Of a stretch of DNA of 64,000 bases, positions 1 to 8,538 are shown piece after piece. This DNA comes from a virus. Its lineage: Duplodnaviria > Caudoviricetes. Below the pieces are notes generated by a model. That model searched no databases, had not been told where the DNA came from, and saw only the letters and a list, made by a program, of their open reading frames with translations. Positions within the stretch are counted from its first letter, which is position 1, and every line of letters begins with the position of its first letter. The stretch covers positions 1,085 to 65,084 of IMG/VR virus record IMGVR_UViG_3300032053_000067. One strand, written 5' to 3'. The translations under genes were made by a program, and so were the position numbers.

Positions 1-765
1 GGCGATAGCGGCGGTGACGTGAATGTGGCCGGCCTTGAGGTCGACGTCATGGGCCCAGAGTTGGCGGAGTTCGCAAGACCGGATGCCGGCAAAGGCGGCG
101 ATGGCAATAGCGGGGATGAGCTCCGGGTCAGTCTTGGCGACCGTAGCGAGCAGGTTACGTGTCTGGTCGACGGTCAAGATGGGCGGGGGCTTGCGTTCGA
201 CGATCCCGTGCGTAACGCCGACCGTGGGAACGGCGCTGGACAGGTATCCGCGGGCGGTCGCCCAACGAAACAGGTTCGTGAACGCCCGGAGCAGGTTGTT
301 CCGGGTGGTCGGGGTGTATGGGGCGACAACATGGGCGATGGCTTGCGGCGTCCATGTGGCGACCGGGGCGTCCTGGTCGAGCTTCCTTAAGGCACAACGG
401 AGACCGGCGAGGTGTGTCTTCCGCCGGCCAGCCGCCGCCTTTTCGGCGAGAAATTCGGCTACTGCCTCGCGGGTAGCGATGTTGGGCACGGCGGGTGCCG
501 GGGGTTTCTTCACGTAAGTGCGGGCAGCGTCGAGCACGGTCACGCCCGCGGGCAGTATAGCGGCGGCCCGCTGGGCGTCGTAATACTCGGCGGGGGAAAG
601 TGGGCGGGCGCTCCGTTTGGCGTTGACGGCGACCGCATCGATCCATGCCCTTGCTTGGTCTTGCTTTTTGAAAGTCCGGCTCTGCTGGGGCAGACCCCGG
701 ACCCGGACCCGGGCTTTCCACGTCCGGTTGCCGGTGGGGTAGATGTGGCCAATGGAGTATTTCAT
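1..765 (-). CDS. int: Tyrosine recombinase/integrase (N-terminal 255 codons; continues past window start)
   Basis: Manual translation from ATG at 765: MKYSIGHIYPTGNRTWKARVRVRG...SRTFKK (arm-binding-like), a SAM-like core (RNNLLRAFTNLFRWATARGY), then PPILTVDQ...AIAAFAGIRSCELRQLWAHDVDL (catalytic Arg box I). Open to base 1. Confidence 0.9.
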   Translation of the reverse strand, partial: MKYSIGHIYPTGNRTWKARVRVRGLPQQSRTFKKQDQARAWIDAVAVNAKRSARPLSPAEYYDAQRAAAILPAGVTVLDAARTYVKKPPAPAVPNIATREAVAEFLAEKAAAGRRKTHLAGLRCALRKLDQDAPVATWTPQAIAHVVAPYTPTTRNNLLRAFTNLFRWATARGYLSSAVPTVGVTHGIVERKPPPILTVDQTRNLLATVAKTDPELIPAIAIAAFAGIRSCELRQLWAHDVDLKAGHIHVTAAIA

Positions 766-784
766 GAAGTGGGATTAAACGCAT

Positions 785-1015
785 TCATTCTTTTGCTGGT
801 TCGGTGTCCGAATCTGTAAGCCACTTCATAATCCCGTATCCTGCGGCCAATCCGCCAAGGGCAACAAGTATGCTCAAAAGGCTTACAAACAGAACCGCCG
901 TTTGACCGCGCACATCTGGAACGAACCGGCCAAATGCCCAAGTCGCAATCATAAACCCGACTACACCGCCAAACACTTTGAGAAATCCAGACAGCACCTT
1001 CATTTTATAGCCCAT
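785..1015 (-). CDS. Small membrane protein (two TM segments)
   Basis: 76 aa, two hydrophobic stretches, AT-richer than neighbours, co-oriented with repressor and integrase. Confidence 0.65.
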   Translation of the reverse strand: MGYKMKVLSGFLKVFGGVVGFMIATWAFGRFVPDVRGQTAVLFVSLLSILVALGGLAAGYGIMKWLTDSDTEPAKE

Positions 1016-1041
1016 CCTTAGTTATACAATCACTTTAGCCT

Positions 1042-1329
1042 CTATGATTCGGTGCGGCCTCTAACCCAAACAAGAAGGCCCTGAAGGCCGTACACGATGC
1101 CATAGGCCAAAAGGAACACTGACCAGAAAATTACCTTCCGTAGTGATCCCAATACCGAAATAACGAAAGAATAACTAACGGCAAAGACGATCCAGAACAT
1201 GTTCGCTTTGAAAAGGGCCGCAAATTTCCAACAAATAAACAGCCCCAGCCCAATAGATGCAATGTACAAAATTATGCCAAAGCCCCATGCCAACATTACT
1301 GCAACGCCTTCCAGTCCGTCTTCTTTCAT
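1042..1329 (-). CDS. Small membrane protein (about three TM segments)
   Basis: 95 aa, almost entirely hydrophobic; directly downstream of repressor. Confidence 0.65.
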   Translation of the reverse strand: MKEDGLEGVAVMLAWGFGIILYIASIGLGLFICWKFAALFKANMFWIVFAVSYSFVISVLGSLRKVIFWSVFLLAYGIVYGLQGLLVWVRGRTES

Positions 1330-1342
1330 GGGTTCTCTTTTC

Positions 1343-1669
1343 TCATACGAGCGGTTTCCCGCAGTGTAGGCAAAACTTCGCGTTCTCCCCGCGCAAACTG
1401 TACACCGTCAGTTTGAAACACGCCGGACAGGTTATCTCCCGTAACCGCTCCACTTTCTGACCGGACGCGCATTTGTCTTTTTCGCCAGATATCGTAGCGA
1501 GAAGGCGAGCCCGATTGTTTCGATTCATGTTACTTTCCCCTCGCTCAAACTTTGCATACGTTCCCGGCGCCAACTCCAATAACGTGCTTACTTGTTCCTG
1601 AGCCATTCCTTTCCCCGTGCGCCATGTCTTTGAGCGCCGCCGCAATTCCGTGATTTCTTTCTCTAACAT
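1343..1669 (-). CDS. XRE-family HTH repressor with C-terminal zinc ribbon
   Basis: Start reassigned to ATG 1669 (GGAGGT SD at 1675-1680). HTH ...GMAQEQVSTLLELAPGTYAKFERG; CPAC...CLHCG at C-terminus; divergent from the Cro-like gene. Confidence 0.8.
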   Translation of the reverse strand: MLEKEITELRRRSKTWRTGKGMAQEQVSTLLELAPGTYAKFERGESNMNRNNRARLLATISGEKDKCASGQKVERLREITCPACFKLTVYSLRGENAKFCLHCGKPLV

Positions 1670-1720
1670 TTGTGACCTCCAATCACCACCTATTGCAACA
1701 AGGTGTACTTCCTTGCACCA

Positions 1721-1750
1721 ATAGTACACGCCGAAGTGGTGGTATGTCAA
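1721..1750 (-). promoter_or_regulatory. Sigma70-like promoter for repressor/integrase operon
   Basis: Minus strand TTGACA (1750-1745), 18 nt, TACTAT (1726-1721). Confidence 0.6.
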
Positions 1751-1786
1751 GTCTTATGTAATATATCTTTATCGGCATAAAAAAGG

Positions 1787-1815
1787 TTGACGGAAATACT
1801 CTTTTGGTGTATTGT
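1787..1815 (+). promoter_or_regulatory. Sigma70-like early lytic promoter
   Basis: TTGACG (1787-1792), 17 nt, TATTGT (1810-1815), upstream of the Cro-like gene in an AT-rich intergenic region. Confidence 0.65.
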
Positions 1816-1851
1816 TTTGCCCGGTAAGCAATTACAACGGGAGACGAGACA

Positions 1852-2070
1852 ATGACGCGACCCCCAAAAGCCTTATCAGCAAAGGTAAAACTCCTCATCA
1901 AGTGGCGACACTCGAAACACTGGACCCAGGCAAAACTTGCAGAAAGAGCCGGTGTCTCCATTGATCTCGTGAAGCACATCGAGACGGGACGTCACTACAT
2001 CACGTACAGAAGCGCAAAACTCTTCGCTGCGGCGCTCGGCAAGGGCCGCAACTCTTTAGTCGAGGAATAG
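1852..2070 (+). CDS. Cro-like XRE HTH regulator
   Basis: WTQAKLAERAGVSIDLVKHIETG is a classic HTH_3 signature. Confidence 0.88.
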   Translation: MTRPPKALSAKVKLLIKWRHSKHWTQAKLAERAGVSIDLVKHIETGRHYITYRSAKLFAAALGKGRNSLVEE

Positions 2071-2073
2071 CCC

Positions 2074-2313
2074 ATGCCTGACGAATCAACGGTACACAAA
2101 TCCAGCCCGGCAGCGGTCCCCGACTACATTACGCCGGGAGATCTGGCAAAGAAACTCGGGGTATCAATAAAGACCGTACGCCGCATGATCGATGGGGGTG
2201 CCTTCCCCGTACTGGGTCTGACAGGCCGAACGACTCGGATTCCAATCTCGGCGGTGGAACAGTTTCTAGCCGAACGGACGATCCCGGCGGTAACAGACGA
2301 GAAGAGTCCTTAA
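2074..2313 (+). CDS. Excisionase-like (HTH_17) DNA-binding protein
   Basis: YITPGDLAKKLGVSIKTVRRMIDGG...RIPISAVEQFL. Confidence 0.82.
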   Translation: MPDESTVHKSSPAAVPDYITPGDLAKKLGVSIKTVRRMIDGGAFPVLGLTGRTTRIPISAVEQFLAERTIPAVTDEKSP

Positions 2314-2331
2314 AAAAAGGAGACCCGGCAG

Positions 2332-2805
2332 ATGGCGTTGAAGACTTGCCCACAATGCAAGAAGGAGAAATGGCATACCTCGTTTTACACAGGAAGCAAC
2401 GTCTGCCGGTCCTGTCAGAGCGAGCCGAGACCGAAGATCAACGATGGGCGTGCACCGACCCTGGCAGAAGCGGAACCGAAGGAGCGGCCAGCGCCGCGTC
2501 CGACCGCCCCCGTTTCTACACCAGTGACCCCGCCAACAGAATTGCCCGAGTTGGAACCGGCGCCGTCGTTCGAATCACAGTTTTTGAAGGAGACGGAAGA
2601 GGCAGAAATAGACGGGGGCCGGCTGATCATGAAAGCCGAGACTTCGGTTGAACTGCTTGTGGCCGTCCTGATTGCCGTCTTGGATGTGTGCCCGGACGCC
2701 CGGGCCAAGTTTGAATATGGAGACCTGATAATCAAAGCAGGGAAACAACGGAACGGACTCGAACTGGCGCGACAAGGTACGGATGAAGAAGTCCAACCCA
2801 CGTGA
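2332..2805 (+). CDS. Hypothetical protein with N-terminal zinc finger
   Basis: CPQC...CRSC, Pro-rich linker; AAGGAG SD. Confidence 0.7.
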   Translation: MALKTCPQCKKEKWHTSFYTGSNVCRSCQSEPRPKINDGRAPTLAEAEPKERPAPRPTAPVSTPVTPPTELPELEPAPSFESQFLKETEEAEIDGGRLIMKAETSVELLVAVLIAVLDVCPDARAKFEYGDLIIKAGKQRNGLELARQGTDEEVQPT

Positions 2806-2901
2806 CATTTGAATATCCGAGCGAAGTGGAAATCTTCACGGAGCTACTCGACGGCGCGACCGTAGAGAGCCACGAGCCGGCGATATAGAAAGGGGACAAC
2901 A

Positions 2902-3111
2902 ATGCGATTCGGATTTATCCGGGCAATTGACGAGCGTCCTTATGACGCGGCGGCTGCGCAGTTCCAACGTGAGCAAAAACGCGCCGAACATCTGATGCGA
3001 AAGTATGGAACCGTCGATCCCGCAGAAATCGCAGACATGCGAGCGGCGCTGAATCATGGCGATAGGAATACGTTTGCCCTCTATAGGGCGGTCATAGGAG
3101 GCAAAGCATGA
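2902..3111 (+). CDS. Hypothetical protein
   Basis: SD-like AGGGGA; ATGA overlap with next gene. Confidence 0.65.
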   Translation: MRFGFIRAIDERPYDAAAAQFQREQKRAEHLMRKYGTVDPAEIADMRAALNHGDRNTFALYRAVIGGKA

Positions 3112-3527
3112 ACGGACGCCCGGTCTTCGCCACGATGCTCCTACCGGACCCGCCTGCCCGCGCCCGCGACGATAACCCCGACTATGTTTACCATTTCCGC
3201 TGTTTGCGGTACGGGAAACAGCCGGAGCAGTGGACGCTGTGCATAAAACGCCGCGCACCCCGCATCGAGCCATTTGTTGAAATCGGCGAGGCGATCAATC
3301 TGTGCGAACGGCTCAGATCGAGCGCACGTATCCGGGATGTTGAGTCGTCTGCGCTGAACGCGGTGCTCGATAAAGTACACGAATTGGCCCGCGCATTGGG
3401 CCATGAACAACTGGCGCGGCAACGGGCAGATCAAGAAGTTAACCGGCTCGGGCTATGCGTGGTGGAACGCGACGCGGAGATCGCCGAACTGAAACGCACC
3501 GCGCTGTGCGAACACAACCATGACTGA
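3108..3527 (+). CDS. Hypothetical protein with C-terminal coiled coil
   Basis: GGAGG SD; coupled to neighbours. Confidence 0.65.
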   Translation: MNGRPVFATMLLPDPPARARDDNPDYVYHFRCLRYGKQPEQWTLCIKRRAPRIEPFVEIGEAINLCERLRSSARIRDVESSALNAVLDKVHELARALGHEQLARQRADQEVNRLGLCVVERDAEIAELKRTALCEHNHD

Positions 3528-3672
3528 CCGCCCGTGGTACTCGAAACTGCTCGGGCGCGAGTGGGCCGAGTTGGTGGCATGGATTATGGAACAGGAACAA
3601 CGGAAAGCCGCCAGCGCGGACAAGCGCCGACGGCTCAAAACTGAAACTAACAAAGGGAGTATGACACGATGA
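3520..3672 (+). CDS. Small hypothetical protein (50 aa)
   Basis: Manual translation MTDRPWYSKLLGREWAELVAW...; fills the gap and overlaps both neighbours. Confidence 0.5.
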   Translation: MTDRPWYSKLLGREWAELVAWIMEQEQRKAASADKRRRLKTETNKGSMTR

Positions 3673-4646
3673 TCATCGATTTTCAACTCGCAGTACGCGA
3701 GGGACTCTTTGCCCGGATCGGGCTGACAGGACCAGCGAAGAGCGGCAAGAGCCTGACCGCCCTCAAAATCATGCGGGGACTGGTAGGCGAAGCCGGCCGC
3801 ATTTGCGCTATAGACACAGAGCGGCGGTCACTGAACAAGCATCTCGGAAAACCGGGAGTCGGCGCTCCGTTTAACGCCATTTACCCCCAAGACTTCAACC
3901 CGCAGATCGTGATTGACTCTATTGCAAAAGCCGAAAGTCAGGAATTTGACGGGATCATCATTGACTCCCTGAGTCATTTCTGGACTGGTACGGGTGGCGC
4001 ACTCGAAATAAAAGACAACGCATCCCGCCGATCTGGCGAGAACGATTTCACGGCTTGGCGGGATGTGACACCACTACACAACAAGATGATCGATGCCATG
4101 CTTAACGCACAAATGCACCTGATCGTCACTATGCGCGTGAAAACCGAATACATCATGGAAGATTACATCGACCGGAATGGCCAGACCCGAAAAAAGCCAG
4201 TCAAAGTCGGGCTCCAACCCATTCAGCGGGCCGGAATGGAATACGAGTTCGATATCGTCGGCGACTTGGATGTCCAACATAACATGATGGTGAGCGGTTC
4301 TCGATGTGACGAGCTTGACGGCAAAGTAATTCACCATGCGGGCGCCGATGTAGCGCAGATCGTCTTGGCTTGGCTGGCCGGCGCGGTAGCTACACCTTCC
4401 TCTCTCCTACCGCCGCCGCCCGCCAATGGCCGGGCGGAAGCAAACGCCGCGCTCAAACAAATCATGGCGGACGTTGGTGCGACGAAAGAAGATCTCGCCG
4501 CATGGACTGTTGAGAAGTTTGGCAAACCCGCGGCGAGCATGACAACCGACGAGTTGCGCGCGCTCCACGTCCGCATCAGCGCCGAGTACCCCCGGAAACC
4601 GCAGCCCGCTGGAACCCCGGAATCCGACACCGCCGTCAACTACTAA
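3669..4646 (+). CDS. sak4: Sak4-like AAA_24 ATPase (single-strand annealing recombinase)
   Basis: GPAKSGKS Walker A, IDTE, IIIDSLSHFW, HLIVTMRVKTEY and PIQRAGMEYEFD motifs. Confidence 0.85.
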   Translation: MIIDFQLAVREGLFARIGLTGPAKSGKSLTALKIMRGLVGEAGRICAIDTERRSLNKHLGKPGVGAPFNAIYPQDFNPQIVIDSIAKAESQEFDGIIIDSLSHFWTGTGGALEIKDNASRRSGENDFTAWRDVTPLHNKMIDAMLNAQMHLIVTMRVKTEYIMEDYIDRNGQTRKKPVKVGLQPIQRAGMEYEFDIVGDLDVQHNMMVSGSRCDELDGKVIHHAGADVAQIVLAWLAGAVATPSSLLPPPPANGRAEANAALKQIMADVGATKEDLAAWTVEKFGKPAASMTTDELRALHVRISAEYPRKPQPAGTPESDTAVNY

Positions 4647-4656
4647 GGATCGACAT

Positions 4657-6480
4657 ATGAAAATCACGCGAATCGAGATTGTCAATTTCCGCAGTATTGA
4701 ACACATCATTTTCGACGCGATCAGCGGCGGGCTCATGTTGCTCGGGCCAAACGGCTCCGGGAAATCGTCTGTTATCGAAGCCGTCCGCTACGCCCTCTGG
4801 GGACACGCCACATGGACCACGGCGGATGGCCGCGGCGGCGGCGCCGTTGTCCGTACCGGCGAGAAAGAAGCCACCGTGCTCGTAGACACCGACTTGGGCC
4901 GGATCGTGTTCAGTGTCACGTCAGCGGGTAAGCGCTCATGGACGCTGGTCGACGCGGACGGCCAGGTTCTTGCCGACGAGCCATCGGCGTTTTGGAAACT
5001 AGCCGGGGTAGACGCTCGGCACGCGGAGATCTCCGCAAACCTCGGACACAGCATCGAGAGCGGCGATTTTGCTGACGTGCTTGGCGTATATCTCGCCGGC
5101 ACGATCACAACCGGCGCGGTGCTTGCTGCATCCGGCGATCATGCCACATGGCTCTCAGAATTCACAAAAAAATACGTGCAACCGCGAACCGTCCAGGAGT
5201 GGCGGGATGTCGGCGAGACCGCCCACAAGGCGCGGACAGGACTCAACGGCGAACTCAAACAGGTCAGGGCGGATATCGAAGCCTACGGGTTTCTGGCGCT
5301 CCCACAGGACCGGCAGAAACGCGATATTCCCGTCAGCCGACTCGGCGAAGTCCAAAAACGGCAAGCCACTTTGGCGGCGAAACGAGACACGCTCAACCGC
5401 GAACTTGGCGCGGCTTCGGCAACACCGCCAGCGATTGACGTACAGCGTGTTCAGGGCCAGATCGATGTCATGGATGTTGAGCAACAGGCGGCGGCAACCA
5501 AGGCTACAGAAACCCGAGAAAAAGCCGAGGGCGTCGCGGTCGAAGTGGCAGCTGCGCAGTTGCGTATTGCTGAGATGCTCGGGCAGGTCGCGGGCTTGCG
5601 GGAGGACATCAAACGGCTCGAATCCAACTGGGACACCGCACGCGGCGGCATCTGTCCGTTCTGCAACCAGGCGATCCCGCCGACGTTGGTCGCCGCGGCC
5701 GAAACCGATATCACTGAGGCAAAGGCCCGGATCGCTACCATCGAAGCTGAGCGCAAGAATCTCAGTACGGCAACCGGCGATCTCCGGAGCCGGGCAAACG
5801 AATACACCGCGACGTATAGGACACAGGCAGCGGTTGCAGACCGGCTTGCTCGCGAAATCGCGGGACTGCGTGCCAAGCTCGACATCCCGTTGGCACCCGC
5901 GAGTCGGCCAACTGATGAGATACAAGCAGATCTGGATACCGTCACGGCAAGCCTGACGCGAGGGGAAGAGATTACGGCGGCGCTTACCAAGATTCAGGAC
6001 CGCGACGGCCAGAAACAGCGGCAGGCGGAGCTCGAGGCGTTGGTCGCCCACCACACTTGGGCGGTCGAAGCGTTCCGCGACGGGGTGTTGCTCAACACGT
6101 TGGTGAGCAATAACAAACGAGGCGAACTCGTTGACCGGTGCAACGCGCAGTTGGCTGGCACTCACGCCATGGACATCGTGTTGAACGGCAAGACCGTGGA
6201 CATCCTGTTCGACAAACGGAAGCTGGCGTTCTGTTCGACGGGCGAGCAGCGGATCGCGCAGTGGGCCTTCGTCAATGCCTACGCGGCAGACGCACAACCC
6301 GTCATCCTAGACGATATCAATGACCTCGATGACACTCACAAAAACCTTGTGCGGCGACGGCTGCAATCGGGCGGCGGCGGGATCTACGCGGCCACCAAAG
6401 ACGCGCCGCCGAACGAAGCGGCGGTAGAAAAAATACAAGAGGCGTTTGAGCCGGCGCGCGTCGTGTGGATGGGGAAATGA
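4657..6480 (+). CDS. Rad50/SbcC-like ABC ATPase with coiled coil and zinc hook
   Basis: MKITRIEIVNFRS, GPNGSGKSS Walker A, central CPFC hook, CSTGE signature, VILDD Walker B. Confidence 0.85.
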   Translation: MKITRIEIVNFRSIEHIIFDAISGGLMLLGPNGSGKSSVIEAVRYALWGHATWTTADGRGGGAVVRTGEKEATVLVDTDLGRIVFSVTSAGKRSWTLVDADGQVLADEPSAFWKLAGVDARHAEISANLGHSIESGDFADVLGVYLAGTITTGAVLAASGDHATWLSEFTKKYVQPRTVQEWRDVGETAHKARTGLNGELKQVRADIEAYGFLALPQDRQKRDIPVSRLGEVQKRQATLAAKRDTLNRELGAASATPPAIDVQRVQGQIDVMDVEQQAAATKATETREKAEGVAVEVAAAQLRIAEMLGQVAGLREDIKRLESNWDTARGGICPFCNQAIPPTLVAAAETDITEAKARIATIEAERKNLSTATGDLRSRANEYTATYRTQAAVADRLAREIAGLRAKLDIPLAPASRPTDEIQADLDTVTASLTRGEEITAALTKIQDRDGQKQRQAELEALVAHHTWAVEAFRDGVLLNTLVSNNKRGELVDRCNAQLAGTHAMDIVLNGKTVDILFDKRKLAFCSTGEQRIAQWAFVNAYAADAQPVILDDINDLDDTHKNLVRRRLQSGGGGIYAATKDAPPNEAAVEKIQEAFEPARVVWMGK

Positions 6481-6860
6481 CGAAGCGTAGTCCAGAAGGA
6501 AAGTTACGGCGGCAACTCGCTAACTGCGAGCGCAAACGGCGCGTTTATGCGGCCCGCATTGCGTTTGCTAGATGGGTGCTCGGCGGCAAATGTCTCCAGT
6601 GCGGCTCAGAACAGTACCTACAGTTTGACCACATTAACCCATCCACAAAAAGCCTTGAACTCGGCAGAGCCGCCGTAGTATCCCTCGAAAGGTTCCTGGC
6701 CGAGATACCCAAATGCCAACTGCTCTGCCACTGCTGTCACGTCAAGAAATCCAAAATTGACGGTACACAACCAGGCGGGCAGCGAAAGATCGGTGAAGTG
6801 GTAAACATGCTGGATTATGAATATGACGACGATGACGATTTGATACCTGCGATGGTCTAA
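6477..6860 (+). CDS. HNH endonuclease
   Basis: CLQCG...LQFDHINP...CQLLCHCCHVKKS. Confidence 0.85.
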   Translation: MTKRSPEGKLRRQLANCERKRRVYAARIAFARWVLGGKCLQCGSEQYLQFDHINPSTKSLELGRAAVVSLERFLAEIPKCQLLCHCCHVKKSKIDGTQPGGQRKIGEVVNMLDYEYDDDDDLIPAMV

Positions 6861-6881
6861 CCCAAAAAAAGGAGAGTCGCC

Positions 6882-7364
6882 ATGGGAAACATAGGATACA
6901 ACGGCGAATGCGGCGATGGCGAGCCGCTTATCGGGATACCGGAAGGGGAACATTATTTCCGGGTACGTAATGTCACAAAAGGGTTTGACGAAAAACATCA
7001 ATGCGATGCGGCTACCGTCACGCTTGAAGTCAGGGCGGGCGAAACCACGGCTACGATACAAGACAAGCTCCCGTGCCACACCGCGTTCGAGTGGAAACTT
7101 GGCGCTTTCTTTAAATCGCTCGGCCTCCGCAAGTCGGGCGAGAAGCTCCGCATGAACTGGGACGCCGCGGTAGGCCAGTGGGGCCGGTGCAAAATCGTCA
7201 TTAAAAAGGGCCGCGAACGGGATTTTCATAACATCGGTTCGTATCTCGACCGCAACGGCAAACAGCCGCCGGCGTGGTGTGTCGAGCCGCTCGGTGCGGC
7301 CGCGGCCCCTGCGCCACAGCGGCAGGCGCCAGAACCAACCGAAGACGACGGTGCCCCGTTTTGA
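6882..7364 (+). CDS. Putative single-stranded DNA-binding protein (DUF669-like)
   Basis: IPEGEHYFRV, WKLGAFFKSLG, acidic/aromatic tail EDDGAPF; Sak4 context. Confidence 0.7.
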   Translation: MGNIGYNGECGDGEPLIGIPEGEHYFRVRNVTKGFDEKHQCDAATVTLEVRAGETTATIQDKLPCHTAFEWKLGAFFKSLGLRKSGEKLRMNWDAAVGQWGRCKIVIKKGRERDFHNIGSYLDRNGKQPPAWCVEPLGAAAAPAPQRQAPEPTEDDGAPF

Positions 7365-7425
7365 CGGGAATGAATCACAACCGGCAGACGCGCGGCGTGT
7401 TCGCGTGGGGCGGGTGGGCGTGGTG

Positions 7426-8538
7426 ATGACGTACTACAACGATAATGATGGCAAGGCGTGCGCGTGGTTGTGCGAGTTACAAGCGGCGGGGTTGATTACG
7501 GCCGGCCTGATTGATGATAGGAGCATTTGTGATGTGCGAGGAAACGACCTTGCGGGATTCGAGCGGTGCCACCTCTTCGCCGGGATCGGCGGATGGGATT
7601 GCGCATTACGACTCGCCAAGTGGCCGGCAGGTGTTTCCGTTTGGACAGGTTCCCCGCCCTGCCAGCCGTTCAGTTGCGCCGGCAAAGGGGCGGGCGAAAA
7701 AGATCCCCGCCACCTGTGGCCCGAGTTTCGACGCCTCATCGCCGAGTGCCGTCCTCCAAGCGTCTTTGGAGAGCAGGTTGCGTCAAAGGCTGGACGTCAA
7801 TGGCTCGCTGGAGTATTCACTGACATGGAAGCACTGGGATATGCCTGCGCGGGTGCCGATCTGTGCGCTGCGGGCATCGCGGCGCCGCATATCCGGCAAC
7901 GCCTGTACTGGGTGGCCGTCGCCGAATCTATGCGAGCGGGGAGCGGAGTTGAAAGAGTCGAAAGACAAGCGCGGATCAGGCGGGGTGGATTTGCAGACGG
8001 CGGCCACGCTCGCGGGGTGGCGATCTCCGGCGGTGCAGAATTCTCAGGGCGGGCCTCTCTCACCGGAGAAAACAAATGCGCGGTCGAGGTTGACGCTTCA
8101 GTCCCAGGCGGTCCTTGCGGGCTACCCGACGCCACAATCGTACAGCTTTCAAGAGAGCCACGCGCCTGGGCAAGTGAAACTGGACTTGTGTGCGAAACTG
8201 GCGGGCTTTGCAACCCCGCGGGCGGAGGAGCGGTCTCAACGGAACAGCCGGGACAATTACGAGGCACTATCGAAACAGGTTTCTGGAGCGATTACGACGT
8301 CATCCCGTTCCGCGACGGGAAATCGCGGCGTACTCAACCCCGCTCTGCCCCGTTGGTTATTGGGCTACCCCGAGGCGTGGTGCCTTGCGGCGATCCGCGC
8401 ATCGAGGACGTTAACCAAAGCGCGGAGGCGCGGGTGATGCGATTGAAAGGTTACGGGAATTCGATTTGCGCGCCACTTGCGGCGGTGTTCATCAAGGCAG
8501 TAATGGACTGGCTAGAAACAGTGGAGGCGACAGCATGA
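7426..8538 (+). CDS. DNA cytosine-C5 methyltransferase, large subunit (motifs I-VIII and X)
   Basis: HLFAGIGG (I), GSPPCQPFS (IV), FGEQV (VI), PHIRQRLYWV (VIII), RLKGYGNSI (X); motif IX not in this frame. Confidence 0.9.
   Translation: MTYYNDNDGKACAWLCELQAAGLITAGLIDDRSICDVRGNDLAGFERCHLFAGIGGWDCALRLAKWPAGVSVWTGSPPCQPFSCAGKGAGEKDPRHLWPEFRRLIAECRPPSVFGEQVASKAGRQWLAGVFTDMEALGYACAGADLCAAGIAAPHIRQRLYWVAVAESMRAGSGVERVERQARIRRGGFADGGHARGVAISGGAEFSGRASLTGENKCAVEVDASVPGGPCGLPDATIVQLSREPRAWASETGLVCETGGLCNPAGGGAVSTEQPGQLRGTIETGFWSDYDVIPFRDGKSRRTQPRSAPLVIGLPRGVVPCGDPRIEDVNQSAEARVMRLKGYGNSICAPLAAVFIKAVMDWLETVEATA
7511..8437 (+). CDS. Overprinted small subunit of the C5 methyltransferase (TRD-like repeats and motif IX); true start uncertain
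   Basis: 308-codon alternative frame inside the MTase, with repeats GWPSP/LAGWRSP/LAGYPTP/LAGFATP and LNPALPRWLLGYPEAW. Confidence 0.7.
   Translation: MMIGAFVMCEETTLRDSSGATSSPGSADGIAHYDSPSGRQVFPFGQVPRPASRSVAPAKGRAKKIPATCGPSFDASSPSAVLQASLESRLRQRLDVNGSLEYSLTWKHWDMPARVPICALRASRRRISGNACTGWPSPNLCERGAELKESKDKRGSGGVDLQTAATLAGWRSPAVQNSQGGPLSPEKTNARSRLTLQSQAVLAGYPTPQSYSFQESHAPGQVKLDLCAKLAGFATPRAEERSQRNSRDNYEALSKQVSGAITTSSRSATGNRGVLNPALPRWLLGYPEAWCLAAIRASRTLTKARRRG

Noticed and set aside
19-819. Track ORFs 19-390, 23-517, 155-784, 412-819
   Set aside because: Shadows of the minus-strand integrase frame (765 to <1), which has clear catalytic motifs.
5069-5956. Long same-strand alternative-frame ORFs (also 32032-32964, 19026-19805)
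   Set aside because: Unlike 7511 and 57240, they are R/S/P-rich, lack SD or motifs, and overlie conserved host domains.
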